Below are positions 13,360 to 25,418 of a DNA stretch of 64,000 bases, one piece after another. A program made the translations under genes and the position numbers. Positions within the stretch are counted from its first letter, which is position 1. Every line of letters begins with the position of its first letter. Under the pieces are notes generated by a model. That model was given only the letters and a program-made list of their open reading frames with translations, was not told where the DNA came from and did not search any database. The DNA comes from Yuukianura sp. NJ FZ-2021 (lineage: Eukaryota), in assembly GCA_046563655.1 (NCBI GenBank), contig CM102285.1:1550001-1614000 (forward strand), given 5' to 3'.

Positions 13360-16180
13360 TTAAGATTGCCACTTCTCAGCTATATAGTACATCCATAACA
13401 GAAACCTTAACCAAAGATAAGGGATCTTCCCCAACAGTACGATAAGTGACTTTCTCATTTCAAGCACAAATGAAGCTACAGCAATAACCAAGCCAGTACC
13501 AATGAAATAAAATCCCGTGAGTACATTGCTGTTTAAATCCAGAGGATTTGGCATCCCTTCAGTTTGGTGCCGTTTTCTATTGTACTCGTTAAGGATTTTC
13601 GTTTCTTCTGTTGGGTGATGAATTTTCACCCATTTCTTCCAAATTTCATATATTCCAGAACACATAAAAATTTGCAGTCTGGCGTACAATGAAGTATGAT
13701 ACTGATGACCAGAAAACACAAAACCGGTCCACAAGGTTCGGATTTTGTCGCTGTGGCGGAACGTGAGGCCGACTTTTGGCTGATTTGCATGAAGCTTGTG
13801 AAGTTCGTATGCTGCGTGAATGGCCTGTGATGTTTCTGTTGCAGCCAAGACTACCGATTCGTCTAGGATTAGTGACGCATTGATATAGTACTCCCTGATA
13901 ATTTTTTTTAAACTTGCCGCCGTAAATCCAACCCCACGTCCTTCCTCTCTTCTTAACTTTGCTAAAACAAGTTGGTTCGGAAATGGATACTCAACTCCAC
14001 ATCCTTTTGTCAATATTTCCCAATCAAAAGAGATCGCTAAATATTTGTAGTTGGCATTCAGTTGATGAATGTAGGCTTTCAATCGCATTCCATCGGTAGA
14101 ATTCGTAATGCCCTTAGATGAGTTAGCGTATACGTCACGAGCATTTACGCCAATCATGATCTGTGCTCCTAGCGTTCCGTTTTTTGTTCGTCTGGACACG
14201 TAGGTGCTAATATTGAAGCCGGTACATGAGGGAAACCTTTTCTTTACGCCATTGTTTGTTCGTGTTATGAGCTCTAGCAGAATCTTCTGAGTCTCGCCAT
14301 GAACAATTACAACAAAATTGTCAATGTCAACGAGTGTTTTATACCGAGAAGTAATTGGCATCGGTGCAACCAGATCTGTGACAACCACGCCTTTGTAACC
14401 ATTGATGATAACAATGAAGGTTAAACACCAAACCCCAATTATAATTCGAAACCAGTGTTTCAATATGAACGAGTTGACTTTACCGGGAACCTCATGACCT
14501 GCCTCTAGCAGCGTCCTGTACATCAGTAGCTCCATATCTGCTAGCAACAAATATGTCCTAGTGTGACCGATGGGATTAATTTCTAACTTGGCCATTAGAC
14601 ATGCACAGCCAGGTACAACAACGAACACAAACAAAAAAATGTGTATCCATGACAACCAGTCGTAACAACGGTAGTACAAAGCAAAATCTAGTTTGGAGTG
14701 TACCCCTTTGGTCGTTGTGTAAGTAAGGTCATACGTTCCAGTTGGTATGACCGTTAAAACATTGTCTAGACTATGATACCTTAACTCTTCTGACGATGGT
14801 TGATGACGCATTGTTTGGGCAGCAAATTGTCTAACCTTTCGCCAAAACGATGTACCCTGGTCTACCCGTTCGTAAGCAAGGAATGATATAGTTTCAAGCG
14901 TTAGCTGTTGCATGGCAACCTCAATGTTGGTAACCCTCGGATTTTCTACGAACGGGTTCAGTTTGACGTTGCGTTGAGATTCCCATACTGGAACTGTATA
15001 GTACTCTGTGTGTTGTAGAAAATTTGTTTGTATTCTGTATCTTGGGTCTATGCCGTCTAAAAAGTAGTAACTCCGTCCTTGTCCAATCCTACGGTGAAAA
15101 TTTTCAATTTCCTGGATCAAATTTCGGCTTGAAATGTTTGCGTACTCTACGAAGCGGCGTGGAGTAAATGATGATGTTGAGTAGGGAAGGACCACTAACT
15201 GTGTAGTAAATATTGTCGCAACGTTGATCTTTTTCTGTACTAGTTCTAGATGAGTCTGAGCCAAGTAATGAATTAGCTGGGATGAGTTTTGATATGCCGT
15301 GCGACCAGACTCAAGCAAAGTTTTCATTTCTGCCGTGTTTCTTGTAGTAACAATGTTGTGGTAGAACGCGACCGTTGATTTGTCAATTGATGCACGTTGA
15401 TGATTAGGATGAGGATCACCATGTTTAAATGTGTATAACCTGCGGCTCTCAGCTTGAGGAAACATCACAAAGACGGCATAGCAAGCGTATTTATTTCTGG
15501 GTCGTACCAAGTGAGACTGCTTCTCAGTAAGGTTTTCCATATTCCTAGAAAAATCGGCATAAACATTAAGTGCAAAGTAGTGAACATTTCCGTGCGACAT
15601 CAAAGTTCTTTTGGGAAATTTCAAATGTAGCTGTGTATGCACGCAGGTTGCTGCAAAACTTAATGCGGTTGTACAATGAGTGGCATTTCAAACTGAACTG
15701 CCAAAATTCGTTGTTGTTAGTAACATACGACATCATAAAGTAAGGTATATGTAATATATATAATTTATATATAGATATACTTTACCTCAACGTATATACC
15801 TTAATAAGGTGTGTATATATATAACCTATTTATTTGATATGTTTATAATATATGCAGCAATTATGATACCACTACATCAAAATATGCACTTGGCTAAAGT
15901 TGTCTCACCATATCGTCAATACTTCATCGTCAAATGCCCACAGAAAGATTGGCACCGCAATTGGTTGCGTTAAGTTGTAGTCTAGCTTATTAGGTATGTG
16001 GATGATTAGGTAGCAAGAGGAAAACTCTGCAACGACGGCATCCAGATTTGTAATGTGGTCTACCGGGAATCTAATACCACGATTATTCTTTCTGCGACGT
16101 ATCCTCCCTTTACACATGCCGATCAGCAACTGAAAGCAGCATGCGATGGCGCCAAAAATTAAAAAGTTCACAGCGAGCAT
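13360..16180 (-). CDS. Divergent IR-like protein B; exons 16180-15909 and 15544-13360
   Basis: Same motifs as IR-A (RPRNKY, YYRCYDWLSW, LLEAGH, INGYKGVVVTDLVAP, SGIYEIW) and the same phase-2 intron (tg|gtgag...ttctag|g). Confidence 0.8.
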
Positions 16181-16879
16181 ATTGCCACAACCTGAGATGG
16201 AAATGATCTAAGTTTGTAATTTGAAGTAGTAGTCGGTACAAATTGTTAAATGACAGCGTTGTGAGCGATCCGATATACTTTAAGTATCTAAGACATTTGA
16301 AGGGTAAAGTAACTGGAATTGCGACGTTAGGACATGCGAAGTACAAAAAATAGACAGTATGCTATAGCATAAAAAGTATTAATATTTGAAGAACTAAAAG
16401 TTGCCTAACCTAACCCAGAGCGAAAATCAATGTTGAAAATTTTATAAAGTTTGACTTTGTACAGTAAAATGTCATGCCATGGAAATATTTCATTATATTT
16501 CATATTTCATGGGAAAGAGGCGGTCCCGCTACAAAAAAACGAAAATACATTTGGCCCAAAGGCACGCTCAAAATTTGACCTTTTTCGAGTTTTACTCGTG
16601 CAATTTTTGTTTTTGTTTGATATAAAAGATTTTGGACTTCTGAAGGCAAACGCCACATGCACAGCTAATGAAATACATGTAGGAAAATCTATTCTGCCTG
16701 TAGGTAACTTTTATAAAAAAAAATCAAAGTACTTGGACTAAAGAAAAGCGAGGTAAAGTTATTCCCGCTAGCAAACTACGACACGGTAGTTAGGGAAATT
16801 GATAATTAATTCCGCACCCATTTGCTGCCAGAATCCACGTAAACCCTCATTTCAGATTCAATATGTTAGTTCAATACGT

Positions 16880-17650
16880 TCAAATGCATGCAAGGTGACT
16901 GTACTCGTTTGCTTCAGGAAACGTAACGAAGATGGCATAACACAAAAATTTTGTTCTTGGTCGCATGAGGTGAGACTGCTGCAGAGTTCTGTAATCCTTT
17001 GTCCAAAAGAATACAGACACAATAACAATTGTTGGGTTTAGAGGAAGAACGGCCTATGTCATTGCTACGCAAAATTTTTAGGAAATAATGTTGTAAACAA
17101 ACATTTTTTGCATTCGAAAAATCGAAGTAAATTATTTTACGCAGCAACGATACAGGCCCCTCTTCTTCTAAACCACAGAATTAAAAACAATTCATGAAAG
17201 TAAAGTTTAAACAATTTTTTTTTTGCAAAATTTACAGCAGCGGAGTGCAAAGTGGAACGCTAAAATGAGAAAGTGAATTAAAATTACGTTTCTCGATGCT
17301 GATCTTTTTTGTACTTTGTTGTGGCATTAAACGCCAAAAGAAAAATGGGTGTGGCAATTGGTTGTTTTAAATTGTGGTCATGTGAATCTGGAATGTCAAT
17401 GGAACGTAGCAACTGGTATATTCTGATTCAACGTCATCCAAATTTTCAATCGTGTCGACATGGTAATTCATGCTGAACTTTTGTGTAACGCATTCGATCT
17501 TCCTCGTAGCTGTTCTCTTCAAAACTACTGTCGCAGTAGCTCATGTTCTCGTAGTTGCTGTCTTCTATAATTGGTCTGTCTGGCTTCATGCATCCACAGT
17601 ACAACACCAAATGAAGTCAACGTAGGTATTACAGCCGCTAGTATTTTCAC
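16880..17650 (-). pseudogene. 5' remnant of an IR-like paralog of IR-C
   Basis: Nucleotide similarity to IR-C exon 1 and the start of exon 2 (gtcgcatgaggtgagactg). ATG is changed to GTG at 17650, there are several frameshifts, and it is truncated. Confidence 0.8.
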
Positions 17651-18126
17651 GTTTGTATATTTGCTTTTAATGTTTTTGCACTTAAAGAATGCGAAGGCTG
17701 CCTAATATTTTAGGTATTAGGTAAAATTTATATAGTCGGTACAAGGTACTTGCTGTAATGCTAATTGCTTTGTTTGGCCTTATTCGCCCCTTTTACGTTC
17801 AACTAGCTTGTAATTTTGCAAGCCTGATTTTACTAAAATTTCATAAAACCTTGAAAAATGAATTTTAAAGAAGTAAGCATAGTTCTACATATTTTATTAG
17901 CACTCAATTAAAACCTTGACGCCACTAAAATCTTTCAATTCAAATTAAAATTTTATGCTATCAACATGAGCAAGTTTTTTTTAAACTAGAACACGAACGA
18001 ATTTGCCTGTACTTTTATTACTAAGAACTAAGACATGAGTCACTCAAAACCAGAATTTTGCAAAAATTCATCCAAACCATGTGATGTATTCAAATAATTT
18101 GAAAAAGATCACATTAGAAAGATCTC

Positions 18127-18292
18127 TGTTGTATGCTTTCTCACCACAAAATTTGGGTTATTTTCAAGTTTGAATGTAAAATTTAAATGAACCTCCCAGT
18201 TTTCGAGTCCAAAAATTAAAAACAACATAGCTGCATGCTTCACACGCAGAATCAGTCATTTTGATGGTAATTTGAAATTCAATCTGACTTTT
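18127..18292. repeat. Dispersed repeat fragment; second copy at about 35857-36020
   Basis: Shared blocks such as atgtaaaatttaa..gacctcccagtttt and tgcatgcttcac..gcaga.tcagtc.ttttga. Confidence 0.6.
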
Positions 18293-18452
18293 CCAATGGT
18301 TTTTGTTTTGAATTTTACTCGTATTTTTTTTATAACAAACCTAGATTCAACAATGATTTATACTTTCTTCTGATTTGTCACTGCATCCCCTCATAGTCGC
18401 TCAAATAAACAAACTTGAATTTTCAGTTAGTCGTTATGCGAAATGACAGCGG

Positions 18453-21212
18453 TTAAATGCATGCATTCATAGAACTATATATTACATAAAATGGAGCTAT
18501 AGCCCTTAGTAATATTTTGCAAAACAGCATAAACCCTTCTATGAGTAGTGCAACAGCAGCTATAACTAAACCGATAAAAAACAAATAAAAACACGTTTGT
18601 GCATTGCTGCTGAAATCCAACGATTTCGGGATTCCCTCAATTTTGGCCCACTTTTTTTGATACTCTAAGATCATTGTAGCCTCTGCCGTTGGATAATGAA
18701 CTTTCAGCCACTTTTCCCAAATTTGAAATATTCCAGAAGATAAAATCAGCTGCAATCTGGCATAGAACTGCGCATGGTACTTATAATGCGAAAAGACGAA
18801 ACCGGTTCTGTAAGCTTCGAATTTTTCTTCACTCTGCCGAAATTGTACGCCATAGTAAGTTACGTCTCCGTCAAGCTTGCGAAGCTCAATAGAGGCATGC
18901 AAGGCATCTAGCTGCTCTTGTGTTGCCATGACAACGGCATTGTCAAGTACCAACGATGCATTGACGTAGTACTCCAACTTAAAATTATTGGGATCCGGAA
19001 GATGCCAGTAGTATATGCCATATTTTTTTGTAAGTTCAGCAAACACTAGCTCTTCCGGAAAAGGATACTTAATTCCACAATTCTTTTCTACAAGAATCCA
19101 GTTAAAACCCCACTTTAACTTTTCGTTTTTAAGTCCAAGCTGGTTCATGTACCGTTGAAACCGGACTGCAGTTGGAGTAGTTGAGAGTCCGGTTTTTGCG
19201 CGGTAAAAAGAGCCCGTCGCATTTCTGGCAAAATACATCGAAACTCCAGTTGTTGCGTTTTTGGGAGCGGTATATGTAGAGTAACCGGTCAATGTAAAAC
19301 CGGTACAAGACGGCAGAAAACGTTGCTTGACCTCAATGTTTAAGTTATCGATGAATTTCTCCATAAGCTTATACGTTTCTGTATCCACAATTGCAACAAA
19401 TTTGGTAATGTCGGTAAATGTTTTATACCGAGCTGAAATCGGTGTTGGAGCAACAAGGTCCGTGACTACAAGGCCCTTATAAGCGTTAATGAAAACTATT
19501 GACATCAGACACCAAAGACCGATCATAATCCGAAACCAAAAACTTGTTAAAAGGTCATTGACCTTTGCCGTGACCTCGTGACCTGCCTCAAGCACTGTTC
19601 TATACATAAGCAATTCCATGTCGACAAGTACCAAGATTGGATTTTCACCATTACGACGCCTTGTGTCTACTTTAGTCATCACATAAGTGCAAACAGGTAA
19701 GGCGGCAAATGTAAAAATTAAAAGGTGTAACCATGACAACCAGTCGTAACAACGGTAGTACAAAGAAAAGTCAAGCGTAGTTCTAACTCCTTTGGCCGTT
19801 GTATAAGAAATTGTATGTACTCCTGTTGGTATAGCAGTGAAAATTTCAAATAAATTCCAATGTTTTCGAAAAGGTGTTGGCATTCCCCATTTTTCGTACG
19901 ACATTGTTTGATGAATGAAATTTCGTAAGTTGTTTTCAAAAAGTTGATTTTGGTTGATTCTGTCGTAAGCCAAAAATTGAATAATTTCAAGCGTTAGTTG
20001 TTGCATAGCTGCTACAATGTTCGTAACATTCCGATTTTTCACGAACGGATGGAAAGATGAGCAGCGTTGAGACTCCCAAGTCGGAACAACGTAGTAGTCC
20101 CTTCGTTCTAGAAAATTTGTTTCTCTCTTCCTTTTGGACAAAAAGTAATAGTTTTTTCCTTGTCCAATCTCGCGATGAAAATGTTCAACTTCTTGAATCC
20201 AATTTTGGCTGGAAATGTTTGCAAACTCCATACACTCTTGTAACATGGATTTACTAAACTCGCTTAACGTATATGAGAAAACCACTAATTTCGATAACAA
20301 AATTTCTGTGATGTATGAATTTGTTGGCGCGCGATTCAACTTCATTTGGTTCACATAGTGAATCAATTGAAACGTGTTTTGGTTGTGTAACTGGCTTTGT
20401 TGTAGCAAAGTTTCGAATACTGATGGCTTTAGCGTAGTTACAACATTGTAGTAAAACGGATGTGTTGAACTTACAATACTTCCGTCAACAGCTCCGTAAC
20501 CAGTGGTGTAAATTTCAATATATTCAAATGTAGCCATGTTACTGCGCTCGTTTGCTTCTGGAAACATAACAAAGATGGCGTAACAGAAAAATTTGGTTCT
20601 TGGTCGCATGAGGTGAGACTGTTGCTGAGTTCTGTAATCATTTCTCCTGAAAATTGCATAAATATTAACAATTAAAATTTGGATCAGTAAAGTTTTTTGT
20701 TAAAGTGAAATTTTTGCAAAATGGACAGGACAACCAGAGTTGTCTCAAGCTGAAACAAAAAAAAATTCAAGTTACGTTGCAGGATATCGATCTTGATTAA
20801 ACTTTGCTGTTGCATTGAACGCCAAAAGAAAAATGGGCGTGGCAATTGGTTGGCTTAAATTGTAGTCATGCGTATCTGGAATGTAAATGGTAACGTAGCA
20901 ACTGGCATATTCTGATACAATGGCATCCAAATTTTCAATAGTGTCTACGTAGTAATTCATGCTGAATCTTTTTCTTTCCCTAGGCAAGGCGTAACTGAGG
21001 TCTTCTTCGCTACTCTTCTCCTCATAACTGCTGTCGTTGTAGCTTTTATTCGCGTAGCTGTTACCGTTGTAACTTTTGTCCTCGTAGCTGTTACCGTTGT
21101 AACTTATGTTCATGTAGGTGCTGTCGTTGTCTATAATTGGCCTGTTTAGCCTCGTGCATGTACAGTACAACACCAAAACACTCAAACTAGCGACCTCTAC
21201 AGCTAGTTTCAT
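18453..21212 (-). CDS. Divergent IR-like protein C; exons 21212-20777 and 20646-18453
   Basis: Same motif set and phase-2 intron (ac|gtaact...tttcag|g). Exon 1 carries a 10-aa tandem repeat. Confidence 0.8.
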
Positions 21213-21934
21213 ATTTGTACAATGTGTTTACAACTTTCGGACCAAGCTTGTTTAACTCGAAATTTTGTTTATTTCTTCTTATAAGGTTATGTCAAAACTC
21301 ATGTTTTCTGGATTTTTAATTTTTTGAATCACACGTCTTACCCTTACACGCTTCCGTAGCGTTAGCAATTCGAAATCAACACTAAAGATTCCTATAGCAA
21401 AGCGTATGAAAAGAACCAATATTTGGTGAGACAACAAAATTCGTACAAAATTCATACAAAAGTTTTTTCTTGCTTCTTTGAAAAGTCGGAGTTATGACAA
21501 AACCTCTTACGCCATTTGTATAAATGGTTGCTATAGCAACCTTGTTTCGGACTTACTTAGAAAATTTGTACCAATCGACTAAGTATAAGTACTACTTGCT
21601 TCATTGACTAGTTTTCTCCATCTGTAAGCTTGTTCTATTACTGTGACTTTCCTGACCATTGATCGTCGTGACGATTACTGTGAAAATGATCGTGTGTTGC
21701 ACGCCTCGTGTTGCCAAACTGAATTATACTCAAAATTTTATTAAAGTGTAAGATATAATTTCGAAAAGGAGAGAAAATTCCACTTTTATTTATTAGAGGC
21801 GACATGAATATTTAAGTCCTTAGACAACGCTATTACAAAACATTTGCTGATACCAACATGCACTACAAGCAAAGAAGAAAAACTAAAAAAAGAGAAATGA
21901 TGCTATTTAATAGTAATTAAAAATTTTGGTAAAA

Positions 21935-22600
21935 GAAATGGTATGTTTCCACCAACTGAGCAACTATGGTTACTAATAAGCCAATACCATACAAATAAAA
22001 AGACGAACGAACGTTGCTATCTAAATCAAGCGGTTTGTAAGTTTTTGACATTCCTTTCCTACGTATTTTGATAAAGTTCAACCACTTGCACCCTTTCCGA
22101 TGGAAAATAAATTTTGATATATTTGTTCCATATGTTAAATATGCCTGATGATAGAATCAGTTGCATTCTGGCATACAATTGGGCATGATACTTGTGTTTA
22201 GAGAACACAAAGCCAGTCCAAAACATATGAAAATTTTTCCTTACCATGCACGTCGGATGTTTTCTCTGGGGTTTGTTGGTCACCGTTGAGTTTGTGCAGC
22301 TCATTTGAAGCCCCCACCATACCGCTAAAAATTTAAATAAAAACACGTTTGTGCATTGCTGCTAAAATCAAGCGAGTTTGGGATTCCCTCAATTTTCCTC
22401 CACTTTTTTTTGATACTCTAACACCACGGTAGCATCTGCCCTTCGATGATGAACTTTCAATCACTTTTCCCAAACTTCAAATATTCTGGCAGGAAAAATC
22501 TATTGCATTCTAGAATACAACTGCGCATGATACTTGAACCGCCAAAACACGATTCCGAATCGGAAAGCTTCGATTTTTTCTTCACTCTGTCAAAATTTTC
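21935..22600 (-). pseudogene. Two abutting 3'-end remnants of IR-like genes (IR-D-like at 21935-22310, IR-C-like at 22310-22600)
   Basis: Contains FWTGFVFSKHKYHAQLYARMQLILSSGIFNIW and matches the nucleotide sequence at 25440-25830 and 18570-18850, with stops and frameshifts. Confidence 0.8.
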
Positions 22601-22815
22601 ACGTTGCCGAGAAAATACAAACAAGCAAATTGCGCTGAGCCGAGTTAGCAACACAAATCCGAAACGGTTTCGGTGAAACCAAACTTTCAAATTAGAGTAA
22701 GTTTAAGTTAAGAATGTCAATTGTCCGATTTTTGGCAAAGTGTTTTATTTTTTCCCCTGATGAAAAAATCTACTTTTTGACTATCGACGTTCGCTGCTAA
22801 ATTGAACTAGCATAA

Positions 22816-24628
22816 TTATTGCCCTGGATTCAAGTAATGCTGGTTTTTGTGTTTTCTTGGTCTCTTCTTATGTTTGCGTTTCTTTGCATTAGTGGATTTT
22901 CCCGGTAAAACGATGTTCACGGAATTGGCTACCGCCATTGGTGTTGGCCCAGTTTCACAAATAAATTTGCCTTCGGTATAATTCAGATTAAGTTCTTTGT
23001 CATAGAAGTTATCGTCACATGCTCCGCTACCACTTAGATCACCTTCATTAGAACAACAATCGGAATCTTTTGCACAACTTTGTCCTTTTTTGCGGCATCC
23101 CGCTTCTGATATACAAGGATCCCCTGCGGTGTTACATTTTTTCAATTTATCGCTACAGTCTTTTTCAATAGAGATACAATTCCCGCTTTGACATTCAGAA
23201 TTTGCTGTGCATATGGCTCCATTTAGTTTTTTTGTGGTGCCTTTCCTAAGAATTCAAATAGAATTAGTGCATGTTATTCAATGCGTTACTGCTGTTGGGA
23301 CAACAAGACTTGAACATTTGACTGCCCTTTATGTTTTGTTTAATAAAGTATTAATAATTCTTACGAGGGAACATTCCCAACCGGTCGTCACGTTTTTGAA
23401 TTTAAGAAATACAGACATATTCTGTCCGTCAAAAGAAAATTTCCTATGGCAGTTTAGGTTGCCAATGCCCAAAAAGTTCCCTGGCCTGGGCTCGAACCTG
23501 TGGCCCCACTCCAGAAGAAAGAGAAAGAATATTTTTATATCGAATTATTTAATACAAAACGTCTGGATTGTATGATATAGCATCCTAAACAGGTTTTGTG
23601 TTGAAGAATTCGACATAAAACGTTTTTTCTCATTCTTGTGGAGTTCGATCCCAGGTCGTGGTAACTTTTTCTTTGGCCTTACCAACCAAAACCAGTGCGG
23701 AAAATTTTCCTTTAACATACAGAATCTGACTGTAATTTTTAAATTGGAAAACTTAAAGAACGGTTGGGAATGTTCCCTCGTTAGCTTAACTGACGGTTTG
23801 CATGATCCCGCACCACCACCTACTGCTGAAGTGCCTAATGAATCACATCTGTAAGCCACACAGCATCCACCATTTTCTCTTCCACTTTGATTAATATTGC
23901 ACTCGCCGCCGTCTTTATGACATCCGGGGATATCGTCCGTGGAGGCACTGTGTAAATAAACTTAATATTTTATAAAATTTAAAACTAAAAAAAATTTAAA
24001 TTAATTTAATTAAATTGAATTAATTAAAACTACTAATAAAAAATTACCGCTTTTGTCTCGAAAATGTTTTCATGTGACTGCTTTCTGAAGTATCAAACAG
24101 AGGGACCATACCTAGAAATTTATCAGTCATGTGAACTAATCGCAAAATAAAAAGGTGATTTTCAAAATTATTAACTCTAAGGATAACACTTGATTTGATT
24201 TCAAATGATACTGAAAGGTTTCTATTATCGAGCGTCGATAAATTATCGAGAATTTATGAGCTTCAGCAAGAATAATTTGAAAGAGATAATTTCGAATATA
24301 AAACGTATGGGCAAAAAAAAAGAACGAAAAGGTACTTAAGGTTCAGCATTGACATTCTCGAAAATTGTCGATAATAATCGTTCTACAATTCTCGATTTAG
24401 ACAATAGTAAACTAATTACAATAAACAAGGAAAGTTTTTTTTTTGAAAACTTGAATTATTGCGTAACCTGTTAAGGAATGTTCAATTCGTTGTCAAAAAA
24501 CCTTGTTTACAATAACGCGGGAAGAAATATATTTTATAGAAAAAGTAATTTAACTTACCTGCTCGGCTGTTTTCTGCATTCTGCAAGCCAACACCGATGA
24601 CAACAATAAGCGAGTACAAGCAAATCAT
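22816..24628 (-). CDS. Secreted Cys-rich precursor with knottin (ICK)-like domains; exons 24628-24559, 24111-24048, 23947-23795, 23245-22816
   Basis: Signal-like MICLYSLIVVIGVGLQNA, a pro-region ending RQKR, C-X6-C-X11-CC-X4-C-X14-C, a second module CRKKGQSCAKDSDCC...C...C, and a basic tail. Splice phases are consistent. Confidence 0.7.
23364..23780. mobile_element. Fold-back MITE (long imperfect inverted arms) in an intron of the knottin-like gene
   Basis: Terminal cgagggaacattcccaaccg / cggttgggaatgttccctcg, with arms similar over about 130 bp. Flanked by TTA on both sides (a Tourist/PIF-like TSD, or a decayed TA). Confidence 0.8.
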
Positions 24629-25418
24629 TTTCCCCCCCAATTTTAGTTTCGATTCTAACAAAATTCTGAAAAGTTTGTGTATTTAATAAAATTTTCAACC
24701 TCGATAAATTTAGGACAATGAACAAAACGAGGTAAATTTATTCCGAAAACTATTGTTTATGTGGAGCACATCAAAGAATACTGTCAAAAACACGGCAATA
24801 AAACTTACTATTCGTAATTTAAAATATTTGCTGAGCGTATTTTCCTTCTCCGACCTCAAGATGACATGATTGTGTCAGTTGTGAAGCCTTTTCAATAGCA
24901 CGGCGCAAGAATCCTCCGTTACAAATAATTTTTCGCAAATGCTTGATACTCGAATTAACCTTAGGTTAACATCTAAGGTGTAAATTTTAATGTGTAAATT
25001 TAAGTAACTTATGCTGTTGCAGTCGACCCAATTTCCTTAAGGTTAATCACAGAACTTTAGCTCCGTGGCGAGATAGGATTATACAAATGTATTTTTGGTT
25101 GGATTCAAGATAGGTTTACAGGATGGACAAATAGAAAAAAATACTGAATATAGATATAGATATGTATACATGTACGTATATAGATAGAGATATATATACA
25201 TGTACGTATATAGATAGAGATATAACGTACAAATATTCATATAGCAGAAAGAACTAACCGCAATATCAAAGCAATGATTTGTACGTATATTGGACAACAG
25301 CATAAGAAATGTCGGGGAACCAGGATTCAATTCCATTGCACACATTTGTATGACCGATTTACATTTGCTGATATTGACATGCATGGCAAGCCAATATTTT
25401 AACAAAAAATGAATATGT

